This document shows, one piece after another, positions 51,476 to 61,173 of a stretch of DNA of 64,000 nucleotides. Positions within the stretch are counted from its first letter, which is position 1. Each line of letters opens with the position of its first letter. Below the pieces are notes generated by a model. That model saw only the letters and a list, made by a program, of their open reading frames with translations. It was not told the DNA's origin and made no database searches. The DNA comes from an uncultured Treponema sp. (GTDB taxonomy: Bacteria; Spirochaetota; Spirochaetia; Treponematales; Treponemataceae): the NCBI GenBank assembly GCA_947166545.1, contig CAMVEQ010000001.1, positions 1,136 to 65,135 on the forward strand, in the 5' to 3' direction. The position numbers and the translations under genes are program-made.

Positions 51476-53146
51476 ATGTCTGATTTTATAAAACAGCACA
51501 TTTCAAAATATCATTTACGTTATCTCTTTCTCTTTTTCGTGGCTATCGGTTTTTTTGTTGTTATAAAATCGAGACATTCACCACTTTATTTTAATTTGCC
51601 ACAGGCTTCAAGTTGTAATACTGGCTGGTATTATTATGATGAAGAAGGAAATCAGCACTATATTCTTTCTCTTCCGACTGTAATTCCAGTTGGAAACTCA
51701 CCAGTAACAAGAATTTATCACTTTTATGCTTCGGATTATCCTAAGGAAATATGTTTTTATACTCATCATCAAACAGCTATTTTTTCCTTAAACGGTAATA
51801 TTCTTTATGAGTACAGTATAGATAGTAATCCACACTGGCTTGAAGATTATCGCTCATTTTTTCATATTGTAGAAATTCCTCCTGTTAAGCATGGAGAATT
51901 GTGTCTGTCTTTTACACCTGTAGGTAAAAAGTATGCAGGTGAATATGATAGCATTTATCTTGGTTCGTATCAGGAAATTCTTGTGAAGATCTTTCTTGAA
52001 CACATGGATAAGATGTTTATTGGGCTCATGCTGATTGTAATAGGATTTATCTGTTTTTTCCTGAGCAGAATGTATAAACGTAATTTTTCTGAAGATAAGA
52101 CACTTCTTCATTTGTGCTATATAAGTTTTTTATTTGGAATATGGCTTTTGGAAGAGTCAAAACTTCTTCAATTTTTAATTCCTAATCAGGGAATACACTG
52201 GTGTTTTGAATATCTTATTCAGCATTTTATATTGCTTGCTTCAATTATATTTGTTAAGGATATTCTTGTTCCGTCTAAGAAAAAGCTGTCAGATTTTTTT
52301 ATAATCATAAGCCTTGCGGTGTCGTTGATTATAATTGCATTGCAGCTTACGGGAATTGTTCAGCTGTACAATTCTATGTTTGTTATTCAATTGTTCTCTG
52401 TCGGTTTTTGTGTATACATTACATATCTTGTTAATGTCGGAAACTTTTTTCACTCAAAGCAGCGTTTAAAGATTTTTAATTTTTTTATGACTTTGAGTGT
52501 CGGCGTGTTTGTTGTAATAATCATAGGGCACTTTAATAAATCGTATGGAAGCCTTTTCTTGAATTTAGGTGTTATCTTCATGTTTGTTTCGTTCCTGTTT
52601 ATTGCAAACCAAAAGACATTAGATAAATACGAAGCTATACAGCAGGCAATGCTTTATCAGAAACTTGCATTCGTTGATTTTAATACTGGTGTTGCCAGCA
52701 AGACTGCCTGGTTCTCGCTTATTGAAAAATTTAATCCTGAAAAAGATAATATGATAAACTGTTGTCTGCTTTTGTTTGATATGAATAACTTGAAAAAACT
52801 GAATGATTCAAAAGGACATCTTTTTGGTGATAAAGTTATCAGTACCTTCTGTGAATGTCTTACAAAAGCTTTTTCCGATGACGGTACAGTTTTCCGTGTT
52901 GGTGGCGATGAGTTTATCTGTTTCTGCCGGCACAGCAATGAAGATGATATTGATGCTGCCCTTAAAAAGTTTAAGGCTCTTGAAGCAAACTATAAGGGAA
53001 CTGAATTGGAATTTTCTTGTGCTTACGGTTTTGTATTCTTTACACCGCGTTCAAAGGAGGATTTTGCCGAAGCTCAGCAGCGGGCTGATGCCCTTATGTA
53101 TGATATGAAGCGTTTAATGAAGGTTAGCAGAGAACTTGAGGATTAA
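51476..53146 (+). CDS. Membrane diguanylate cyclase (GGDEF)
   Basis: Periplasmic domain and about 7 TMs; DMNNLKKLND..GH and RVGGDEF motifs. Confidence 0.9.
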   Translation: MSDFIKQHISKYHLRYLFLFFVAIGFFVVIKSRHSPLYFNLPQASSCNTGWYYYDEEGNQHYILSLPTVIPVGNSPVTRIYHFYASDYPKEICFYTHHQTAIFSLNGNILYEYSIDSNPHWLEDYRSFFHIVEIPPVKHGELCLSFTPVGKKYAGEYDSIYLGSYQEILVKIFLEHMDKMFIGLMLIVIGFICFFLSRMYKRNFSEDKTLLHLCYISFLFGIWLLEESKLLQFLIPNQGIHWCFEYLIQHFILLASIIFVKDILVPSKKKLSDFFIIISLAVSLIIIALQLTGIVQLYNSMFVIQLFSVGFCVYITYLVNVGNFFHSKQRLKIFNFFMTLSVGVFVVIIIGHFNKSYGSLFLNLGVIFMFVSFLFIANQKTLDKYEAIQQAMLYQKLAFVDFNTGVASKTAWFSLIEKFNPEKDNMINCCLLLFDMNNLKKLNDSKGHLFGDKVISTFCECLTKAFSDDGTVFRVGGDEFICFCRHSNEDDIDAALKKFKALEANYKGTELEFSCAYGFVFFTPRSKEDFAEAQQRADALMYDMKRLMKVSRELED

Positions 53147-53807
53147 AGTCTTTGCTTTCCCCTTCCCATTTTTTTGTTCCATTTTTTATTGCAATAATAC
53201 TGTCACTCATCATCTTAGCTTCATCTAAATCATGTGTTACCATAATTGCCGTAAAACCAAGTTTCTGCTGCATGTTTTTAATTTCTTCTGCAAGATTTTT
53301 TCTTAAGTAAACATCAAGTGCACTTAAGGGTTCATCTAATAAAACTAGTTTTGGATGTACAATAAGAGTGCGTGCAAGGGAGACACGCTGAGCTTCCCCT
53401 CCGCTTAGAGTTTCTGGAAAACGTTTTGCAAACTCTTCCATTTTAAATATCTTCAAAAATTCTACTGCCTGTTTTCTGCTTTCTTTTTTGTTTACGCCTT
53501 TACAGCGTAGCCCGTAAGCTACATTATCCTGCACACTCATGTTTAAGAAGAGGGCACTGTCTTGAAAGCACATTCCACATTCTCTGGCACCAGGAGCAAG
53601 TTTTGTAATGTCTTTGCTGTCCAGTACGATTTTTGTTCCGTTACCATCGCTTTCTGTGAGCCCTGCAATAATCCGCAGTATTGTAGATTTTCCGCTACCA
53701 CTGGGACCTACTATACTGACAAAAGAACCTTTATCTATAGAAAAAGAAATGTCCAGTGTAAAATTATTGTGCTGCTTAAAAAGATTTGTACATTGCAAGT
53801 AGCTCAT
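53124..53807 (-). CDS. ABC transporter ATP-binding protein (thiamine, ThiQ-like)
   Basis: GPSGSGKST, LSGGEAQR and LLDEP motifs; ATG 53807. Confidence 0.88.
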   Translation of the reverse strand: MSYLQCTNLFKQHNNFTLDISFSIDKGSFVSIVGPSGSGKSTILRIIAGLTESDGNGTKIVLDSKDITKLAPGARECGMCFQDSALFLNMSVQDNVAYGLRCKGVNKKESRKQAVEFLKIFKMEEFAKRFPETLSGGEAQRVSLARTLIVHPKLVLLDEPLSALDVYLRKNLAEEIKNMQQKLGFTAIMVTHDLDEAKMMSDSIIAIKNGTKKWEGESKDFNPQVLC

Positions 53808-55414
53808 ATATTCCTCTTTGATTTTTTTTTCTTTGAAAGTGAAAATACTGTCATGCATAAAAGTCCCAGTATTAGTCCGCAGGCACAAGCTTCTGCAATG
53901 CGGTAACTTCCTGCCAGTCTGTAAGTGTAAAGTGCCAGAGTGTCAAATTTATAGATGGCAAGGACAAGGGGCAGTGTAGCATCTCCTGCACTTATGGCAA
54001 AACAAAATCCTAATGCACTTATAATGTTTTTTTTGCAATATGGAATGAGTACTGCAAAAATAATGTCTGTCCTGTGCTTTGAAAGCAAACGTGCTGCATC
54101 AATTGTTGTCTGAGGAATTGCATTGAGCGGGGCATACAGCTGACGGAATGCAAACGGTGCAGTAAGAGCTGACTGTGCAAGAATAAGATGAACTGGTGAA
54201 CCTCTGTGTACGAGAATTATAATTCCTATTCCTGTAACAACGGAGGAAACTGCCATTGGAAGTAGCGGTACTGTAGTTAAGATCGTGGTTTGAATGAAAT
54301 TATTTTTGTTTTGCTTTCTAAGGCGTAAAAAAACTGCATATACAAAGCCTGTTATGGTGCAGAGTATTGCGGAACATATTGCTGTAATACATGTATTTTT
54401 TAGTGCTGTGTAAAAGCTTTTTCTAGTAAATATTTTTTTCCAGGCTGAACCCGAAAAAGAGTTGATTGCAATGGAAAGCAGCGGCATAAGAAAAAACAAT
54501 GCAATAATAGAAAAAAATAATATTGCAGGAGTAATTTCTTTTTTTGTAAGTCGTGTTTTTTGTGTCTTTTCTTCAGAAAGCGAAATGCCGTATCTGTGTG
54601 CAGTTTTTTGTTCTAAAAGACTGTAGGCGGCAAGTATTAGAAGTGCTGTAGAAGTTTCTATTGTTGCAAGAACTGCAACAGAATGAAAATTCAATATGCT
54701 TCTTCCTGCATGATAAATTGCAACTTCTAAGGTTGTTCCTCCAATTGTACCAAATAGTAGTACAATCATAAAAGAAAAAAAACTGTATATAAAAACAGGA
54801 ATGCTTGCAGAAATGATTGAAGGCAGTAGTTGGAAAATTGTTATTGTTCTGAATATTCTCCAGCGTGATGCTCCGAGCATTGTTGCTGCTTCTGTCTGCG
54901 AGGTTGCTAAATTTTCCCATGAGTCAGAAACAGTTTTCATTATTAGTGGAAAGTTATAAAATCCTTGCGTAATTACGATGCCCCAGAAAGAATAAAGAAA
55001 TGTCAACGGAGGGGGCTTTAGATTGAAGGCTGATATTAGAATTTTATTAATGTAGCCTGCCATTCCAAAGGTTGCTATGTAACCTAGTGCAATGATAAGC
55101 GGTGGAATGCAAAGCGGTACTGCTGAAAGAGAAGAAAGAACTTTGCAAATCCATATTTTTTTGTGCGAAAGAAAATAGGCGGCAGGAACTCCTGCAATAA
55201 GTGCAATGGCAACAGATGCAAAGGATTCTTTTAAGGTGTAGGCAATGATGTTTAATATTGCTTTAGTACTGTACGAAGAAGATTCCGTAATAGCAAATAT
55301 ACTTTCGAATAATGGAGCAATTGCTTGCCCAAGCGGAAGTATAAATGCTAAGGATACAATACAGAATAAAATAAGTGCCAGCAGGCAGAGACTGTATTGG
55401 ACGGAATGCTTCAT
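53804..55414 (-). CDS. thiP: Thiamine ABC transporter permease (ThiP-like)
   Basis: Duplicated permease domain with EAATMLGA loop; operon with thiB under a TPP riboswitch. Confidence 0.8.
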   Translation of the reverse strand: MKHSVQYSLCLLALILFCIVSLAFILPLGQAIAPLFESIFAITESSSYSTKAILNIIAYTLKESFASVAIALIAGVPAAYFLSHKKIWICKVLSSLSAVPLCIPPLIIALGYIATFGMAGYINKILISAFNLKPPPLTFLYSFWGIVITQGFYNFPLIMKTVSDSWENLATSQTEAATMLGASRWRIFRTITIFQLLPSIISASIPVFIYSFFSFMIVLLFGTIGGTTLEVAIYHAGRSILNFHSVAVLATIETSTALLILAAYSLLEQKTAHRYGISLSEEKTQKTRLTKKEITPAILFFSIIALFFLMPLLSIAINSFSGSAWKKIFTRKSFYTALKNTCITAICSAILCTITGFVYAVFLRLRKQNKNNFIQTTILTTVPLLPMAVSSVVTGIGIIILVHRGSPVHLILAQSALTAPFAFRQLYAPLNAIPQTTIDAARLLSKHRTDIIFAVLIPYCKKNIISALGFCFAISAGDATLPLVLAIYKFDTLALYTYRLAGSYRIAEACACGLILGLLCMTVFSLSKKKKSKRNI

Positions 55415-55428
55415 ATTGTATTAGACGT

Positions 55429-56469
55429 TTACTGAGCAAATAATGACTGAATTGATTCTACGGCTTTTTCTGTTGCTTCAGTGTCTGTTATTAATGTTTT
55501 TTCTGGTATTGGAGCAGCTTTTTTATAGCTGTCTGGCAATTTGACATTCTTGTTTACTGGATACATCCACTGTGTTAAAGGAAGAATGCTCTGTGCTTCT
55601 TCTGAAATAAGATAATCCATAAAAGCTTTTGCACCTTCTGGATTTTGTGCTCCCTTCAAAAGACCGTAGCCTTCTACTTGCTGAACATGTCCTTCATTGA
55701 ATATTAGGGCGACAAATCTATCATTGTCTTCATATTCTACATTATATGCAGGACTTGTTGTGTAGCTTATTACGAGCGGAGCTTCGCCGTTTAAGAACAT
55801 ACCCCAACCTTCGCTCCAGCCAGATGTCATGGAAAGAATGTTTGGCTGTAACTGTTTCCAATAGTCTGCATAGCCATTGCCGAATACTGAAACTGTCCAG
55901 GCAAGGAAGCCAAGTCCTGGTGTGGAGGTTCGTGGATCCATGAGGATGATTTTCTTTTTGTATATAGGATTTGCAAGTTCTTCGAGCGATTTTGGTGCTG
56001 GTACAGAACTTTGTGTGTCATAAATCAATGCAAAATGGCTGTAGTCAAAAGGAGTAAGTAATTTGTCGTTACCAAGTTCCTTAAAAAGATTTGCATCAAT
56101 AATAGAAGAAGCATCTTTTGGTTCGTATCTTTCAAGAATACCAGATTTACGTGCCTGTGGAGCAAGATTGTTATCAATGCCAATGATTACATCTGCCTGT
56201 GGTGCTTCTTTTTCAAGTACCGCTCTATTGAATGCCTGAATGGAATCGCCGCAATCAATCAGTGTTAGCTTGTAGCCAGTTTTTGCTTCAAACTTTTTTG
56301 TAAGTTCTGGACCTGGTCCCCATTCAGCTGCGAAACTGTCATAAGTGTAAACGACAACTTCTTTTAATCTTTCAGGGGAAACATCTCTGACCGTTTGCTT
56401 TTTTGAGTTGCAGGATGTTAGTGTAAGAAGGCTTAATGCAAATAATGAAATGGTTTTATTAAATTTCAT
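55429..56469 (-). CDS. thiB: Thiamine ABC transporter substrate-binding lipoprotein
   Basis: VYTYDSFAAEWGPGP, DPRTSTPGL and SYTTSPAY motifs; lipobox LTSC; start 56469. Confidence 0.9.
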   Translation of the reverse strand: MKFNKTISLFALSLLTLTSCNSKKQTVRDVSPERLKEVVVYTYDSFAAEWGPGPELTKKFEAKTGYKLTLIDCGDSIQAFNRAVLEKEAPQADVIIGIDNNLAPQARKSGILERYEPKDASSIIDANLFKELGNDKLLTPFDYSHFALIYDTQSSVPAPKSLEELANPIYKKKIILMDPRTSTPGLGFLAWTVSVFGNGYADYWKQLQPNILSMTSGWSEGWGMFLNGEAPLVISYTTSPAYNVEYEDNDRFVALIFNEGHVQQVEGYGLLKGAQNPEGAKAFMDYLISEEAQSILPLTQWMYPVNKNVKLPDSYKKAAPIPEKTLITDTEATEKAVESIQSLFAQ

Positions 56470-56572
56470 ACATTCCTCCGCCGGTATTATCCGGATCAGG
56501 TTTAAAATTCCATACGGAATTTTTGCGGGTGTAATCTCAGGCTTTGTTTGACAAAACCACCCCGGTATGTCC
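56470..56572 (-). ncRNA. TPP riboswitch
   Basis: Minus strand reads GGGGTG...CTGAGATTACACCCG...AACCTGATCCGGATAATACCGGCGGAGGAA, directly before thiB. Confidence 0.92.
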
Positions 56573-56600
56573 CTTATACTATACTTATATCGTATTTTAG

Positions 56601-57386
56601 TCAAATGCCAAGAAACTCGGCTGCATTTTGATACGCTATTTTTTCTTTGTCAGCATCGGGAATTTCAAGCATAAGAAACTTTTCAATTTCAGCAGACTGG
56701 TCACACAGAGGAAAATCCGTTCCAAAGAAAATCTTTTCAGCTCCATAGTGCCGTATGAATTTTGCCGTCTTTTTTAAGCCCATAATGTACATTGAACTTG
56801 ACATGTCAAAGTGAATGTTTTCTTTCCGAAGTAAATCGTAAGCCTGATCAAATACCTGCCATCCGCCAAAGTGAGCTGCTACAATCCTCAGCTTTGGAAA
56901 CATTTTTATAAGTTTTTTCAGGCGGGGAGGATTGGACAAATCAGAATTTAAGTCACCACAGTGGAATAGTACAGGAATGCCCAGTTCTGAAAGGTATGTA
57001 TATGCATCAAACAGACGGCTGTCATCAAGTGCAAAGCCTTGCTGGTTCGGATGAATTTTTATGCCTTTCATGCCAGTTTGTTTTATGAAGTTAATTTCTT
57101 CTATTAAATTGTCTTGTGCTGCATGAAGCGCACCAAAAGGAATTATCTGTTCGTATTGAGAAGCTTCCCTTATTATAAATTCATTAATTTTATGGACCTG
57201 TGTTTCTTTCATGGCTACAGGAAGTGCTACAAACTTTGAAATGCCAGCTGCCATTCCAAATACAAGAAGGTTTTCTGTACTGCCTGGCCATTCTGCATCC
57301 TTGCCAAAAGTTGTGCTTAAATATTCCGTAGCATGCAATACAATTTTTTCTGGATATATGTGTGTGTGAAAATCTATAAACTGCAT
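56601..57386 (-). CDS. Amidohydrolase_2 family metal-dependent hydrolase
   Basis: IDFHTHIYP, GIKIHP, LFHCG, AAHFGG and FGTDFP motifs. Confidence 0.9.
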   Translation of the reverse strand: MQFIDFHTHIYPEKIVLHATEYLSTTFGKDAEWPGSTENLLVFGMAAGISKFVALPVAMKETQVHKINEFIIREASQYEQIIPFGALHAAQDNLIEEINFIKQTGMKGIKIHPNQQGFALDDSRLFDAYTYLSELGIPVLFHCGDLNSDLSNPPRLKKLIKMFPKLRIVAAHFGGWQVFDQAYDLLRKENIHFDMSSSMYIMGLKKTAKFIRHYGAEKIFFGTDFPLCDQSAEIEKFLMLEIPDADKEKIAYQNAAEFLGI

Positions 57387-57497
57387 TTACCACAGTATAA
57401 TATATTTTTTGTTTTTTTAAAACAATTTTGCCGTTTCCTTGTGAAAATGTTTCAAAAGAAAACGGCAATTTTTTTTATTTTTTATAAACTGTTTATT

Positions 57498-59219
57498 TTA
57501 GTCCTGCAAGGCATCAAAACCTTCTTCTCCAGTTCTGACCTTTACAATTTTTTCTACATTGTATACGAAAATCTTTCCGTCTCCAATGTGACCTGTGTAC
57601 AGAACTTTCTGTGCTGTTTCTACAACCAAATCAACAGGAATCTTAGAAACTACAGTTTCAATCTTAACCTTTGGAAGCAGTGTCATATCAAGAGGTACGC
57701 CACGATACTTTTCAGTCTTACCATGCTGTACGCCACAACCAAGAACATTTGTTACTGTCATACCAGTTAAACCAATGTCATTCAAAGCACTCTTGAGTTC
57801 TTCAAACTTAGCTTGTCTTGTAATAATAACAACCTTCTTGAAGGTAGCCTCACCACTTGCAGTCTTGTTAGGTGTGTACTTAGAATAATCTGCAACTGGT
57901 ACTGCTGTCTGTACGCTTGCAGTCTGTCCAGAAATTTCTTCAACTTCTTTCTTTTCTTCACCAGTAAGAACTGTTGCAAAGCCTGCATAGCTTGATTCAA
58001 TTCCGTGTTCAAGCTTATCAAGACCGATGATTTCTTCTTCGGCACTTGCACGAAGACCGTGTAACTTTTTAATCAGAGCAAAGGTGATTACCATTGTTAC
58101 TGTTGTCCACAGAAGAATTACGAATTCTCCCAATGCCTGAACTCCAAGCTGATGGAATCCACCGCCGTAGAACAAACCGAGTGTTCCAGCTTCGCGACAT
58201 GCTTGACCGCAGTTGAAAAGACCGCATGCAAGAGTACCCCAGATACCGTTTGCAAGGTGTACGGCAACTGCACCTACTGGGTCATCAATGTGAAGTTTCA
58301 AATCAAGAAGTTCAACAACAAGAACTACTATAATGCCAGCAACAATACCTATAATCAAAGCTCCAAGTGCATCTGTTGTAGCACAAGGTGCTGTAATTGC
58401 AACAAGACCTGCAAGTGAAGCATTCAATGTCATTGAAACATCTGGCTTACCATTTTTAACCCATGTAATAATCATTGTTTTAACACAAGCAACTGCAGGA
58501 GCAATTGTTGTTGTTGTGAATACTGCAGCAAGACCACCTACGCCAAGAAGCTGTGTACAAGCAGCACCGTTGAATCCGTACCATCCGAACCACAGGATAA
58601 AAGTTCCGAGTGCTCCAAGTGGCAGTGAGTGTCCTGGGAATGCATGAACTGCTGTAACTTTTCCGTCTTTATCGTAAGTGTATTTTCCAATTCTTGGACC
58701 AAGGAACATTGCACCAATTAAAGCTGCACATCCACCTACTGAGTGAATTGCTGCAGAACCTGCAAAGTCTGTAAATCCCATCTGAGCAAGCCAGCCAGAA
58801 CCATTCCAAACCCAACCAGCTTCTATAGGATAAACTACTGCTGAAATGATTGCAGAATAGATACAATATGCACTGAACTTTGTTCTTTCTGCCATGGCTC
58901 CTGAAACAATTGTTGCAGCTGTTGCACAGAATACTAAGTTGAAGACAAAGCTTGACCAGTCAATGCTTTCAAAGTTTGTAAAAAGCTGTAAGTCTGGTCT
59001 TCCGATTATTCCAAACAAATAATTTTCGCTCATCATCAGACCGAAGCCAAGGAACATGAACATCGGAGTACCAATAGAAAAATCCATAAGGTTTTTCATA
59101 ATGATGTTTCCGGCATTCTTTGCCCTTGTAAATCCCGTTTCTACCATTGCAAAGCCACACTGCATAAAGAATACCAGTGCAGCACCAATCAAGTACCATA
59201 CACCCCACGTAGAGTCCAT
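57498..59219 (-). CDS. amtB: Ammonium transporter fused to C-terminal P-II domain
   Basis: FFMQCGFAMVETG, DFAGS..H, WFGWYGFN and DDPVGAVAVH motifs, then P-II motifs LPKVKIE and TGHIGDGKIFV. Confidence 0.93.
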   Translation of the reverse strand: MDSTWGVWYLIGAALVFFMQCGFAMVETGFTRAKNAGNIIMKNLMDFSIGTPMFMFLGFGLMMSENYLFGIIGRPDLQLFTNFESIDWSSFVFNLVFCATAATIVSGAMAERTKFSAYCIYSAIISAVVYPIEAGWVWNGSGWLAQMGFTDFAGSAAIHSVGGCAALIGAMFLGPRIGKYTYDKDGKVTAVHAFPGHSLPLGALGTFILWFGWYGFNGAACTQLLGVGGLAAVFTTTTIAPAVACVKTMIITWVKNGKPDVSMTLNASLAGLVAITAPCATTDALGALIIGIVAGIIVVLVVELLDLKLHIDDPVGAVAVHLANGIWGTLACGLFNCGQACREAGTLGLFYGGGFHQLGVQALGEFVILLWTTVTMVITFALIKKLHGLRASAEEEIIGLDKLEHGIESSYAGFATVLTGEEKKEVEEISGQTASVQTAVPVADYSKYTPNKTASGEATFKKVVIITRQAKFEELKSALNDIGLTGMTVTNVLGCGVQHGKTEKYRGVPLDMTLLPKVKIETVVSKIPVDLVVETAQKVLYTGHIGDGKIFVYNVEKIVKVRTGEEGFDALQD

Positions 59220-59236
59220 ATATCCCTCCTGAAAAT

Positions 59237-59466
59237 AAAAAAAGGTGCCACTTTTCCCTTATAAATGTTGTCCATGCGGACACGGAAAATAATGACACCT
59301 TTGTCAGAAATACGTCTGGTCAAGGCACGCTTCGCTCAAGGCCTTGACTCAGCCGTTTTTCGGGTTTCACAATTATAAACCCGAAATAAAAAAAGACGCC
59401 TTGAATAAATATTCAAGACGTCTTTGTCTATGTGCATATTATTGCAATTTTAAGAAAAATAGTCAA
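59237..59466 (-). promoter_or_regulatory. amtB promoter and leader with two tandem ANTAR-hairpin/terminator modules
   Basis: TTGACT-17-AATAAT. AGAC-AAAGAC-GTCT (59429-59416) and TGAC-AAAGGT-GTCA (59306-59293) each overlap a U-tailed stem. Confidence 0.72.
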
Positions 59467-59535
59467 TAGGGAAATTACTTTTTATCTAATTCTTTTGCAA
59501 GTTGTTTTATTTTGTACACATTTTGTAATAGTGCG

Positions 59536-59694
59536 TACTTTAGCAAAGCGATAATGTACACTGTTCGAAATGAGTAGTGTACACTGTCGTAAGTGAATAG
59601 TGTACACTGTCGGGAATGAATAGAGTACACTATCCGAAAAGTGTAGAGTACACTACACGAAATGTGTAATGTACATTACACTAAATGAAAAGTT
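59536..59694. repeat. 23-bp-period palindromic tandem repeat element, copy 2 (6 cores)
   Basis: Five full units at 59561-59675 (e.g. CTGTCGGGAATGAATAGAGTACA) plus ends TACTTT...AAAGT; same family as 28293-28497. Confidence 0.92.
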
Positions 59695-59742
59695 CTGTAA
59701 TATGGGATTATATCTGGCGGAAGGAGATTTTCAGAAGAAAAA

Positions 59743-60081
59743 ATGCGATTTACAATATCTGTTTTTAAAAGAATTGAAAAGTTGCTTCTGATCAATATTC
59801 TAGGAGTACTGGAAGCTTTAAAGAATAAAAAAATAACAATTAATGAAAGTGAAGCAATGATTTTTACCCCTTATACTTTTATAACATTGAAAAAAAGGGG
59901 TGTTGATAAAAAAATAATTGACATTATCCAAGAGGGCTGTGAACTGGAGGATGTTGAATCTTTATGTCCAGACAAATTAGATGATACTATTGAAAAATTG
60001 AGACAAAGGACCTTGACCCTATTGGATGAGTATGAAGAAGACAATAAACAACGCTGGGTTCAAATTGATGATGAAAGATAA
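59743..60081 (+). CDS. Hypothetical protein, DUF3969-like
   Basis: LGVLEALKNKKITINESEAMIFTPY and IIQEGCELEDVESL resemble DUF3969 (recalled, not searched). Confidence 0.6.
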   Translation: MRFTISVFKRIEKLLLINILGVLEALKNKKITINESEAMIFTPYTFITLKKRGVDKKIIDIIQEGCELEDVESLCPDKLDDTIEKLRQRTLTLLDEYEEDNKQRWVQIDDER

Positions 60082-60152
60082 TTATTTTGCTTTTTTGCAG
60101 ATGATGCGCAGTTATGAGGACAGGCACATAGGCTTGTTTTGTTAGGAAGGAA

Positions 60153-60536
60153 ATGATACCTATTAGTGAATCAGAAAGTCTTTACATTGGAATGATGTAT
60201 ACAGATGTAGTTAATCTTATTGGAAATGAAAATATTTGCGGAATAAAAGATATGAACAACGGGTACAAATGGTTGGATGTATGGATAATTCCATTTAGTA
60301 ATCGTATATCAGCCCATTTGGGTTTTTATAAAGATAAACTTGAAATGGTTCTTATATATCCACAAATAAATGATTCTTCTGAAACAAGAAGTTGGAATGA
60401 TGCAAATGAAAAAAATATGAATAAAGATTATAAGGTATGCAAAAAATGGTTTTCAAAATATAAAAAGCATCTTCCGCATTCAACAGAAGTTTTTAAGGAT
60501 ATAAGAAATTGGGAAGCAGGAATATGCATCCGATAA
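60153..60536 (+). CDS. Hypothetical protein
   Basis: 127 aa AT-rich ORF with AGGAAGG RBS. Confidence 0.6.
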   Translation: MIPISESESLYIGMMYTDVVNLIGNENICGIKDMNNGYKWLDVWIIPFSNRISAHLGFYKDKLEMVLIYPQINDSSETRSWNDANEKNMNKDYKVCKKWFSKYKKHLPHSTEVFKDIRNWEAGICIR

Positions 60537-60602
60537 GATTAAAGTTTGACAACCCGCAATTTTTTGGAGGGTGTCAAACAATAAATCGGGGAAAATCTAA
60601 AA

Positions 60603-61004
60603 ATGTACTTTGATTTTGAACTTATAAAAAGCTTTCTCGAAGATTATGATATAAGGGGTGAGATAGCTGATAATGTATTGACCGCCCATCTTGATGATAC
60701 CACTTGCTTATATTTTTATAATTCCGAGAATGAAATAGATGATTTATTTACCTTCGGAGAGCCTTGGCATCATCATCCTAACGATATTCTTTTTTTTGAT
60801 AAAGATGGCTACCATAGTGAATTTTCTTATTTAGACTTTCTTGAAGAAATGGTGAATGGGAAAATTTTACTTTGCTTCGATTATATAAATGGGAAATTGC
60901 ATGATATTTATCCATTGCATATAGATTATATCAATGGTGATGATTTTGAATTGATTGCAAATGAAGAATTAAGAATACGAAGATTAAACTTTGTAAAAAA
61001 ATAA
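60603..61004 (+). CDS. Acidic hypothetical protein
   Basis: 133 aa AT-rich ORF. Confidence 0.6.
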   Translation: MYFDFELIKSFLEDYDIRGEIADNVLTAHLDDTTCLYFYNSENEIDDLFTFGEPWHHHPNDILFFDKDGYHSEFSYLDFLEEMVNGKILLCFDYINGKLHDIYPLHIDYINGDDFELIANEELRIRRLNFVKK

Positions 61005-61106
61005 GCATACAAGAAGTTCAAAGCTGACAAATTATTCGATCAGGTTTTCAGTTCTGGGAATCTTTTTGTTTGCCAACCCGCAATTTTTGTAGTCGTCAAG
61101 CTAAAC

Positions 61107-61153
61107 AAAAACCCCTCAGGGAAGAAAAAATCAATCTTTCCTGCGGGGTTTTG
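61107..61153. terminator. Bidirectional terminator
   Basis: AAAACCCC.CAGG.AAGA...TCTTTCCTGCGGGGTTTT. Confidence 0.65.
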
Positions 61154-61173
61154 TGTTTTTGCAGTATTAAGTG

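Noticed and set aside
55429-56604. N-terminal extensions in the ORF track (thiB, purD, MCP 37330, thiQ, 12583-13575)
   Set aside because: The extensions run through riboswitch, promoter or terminator sequence; downstream starts fit family N-termini.
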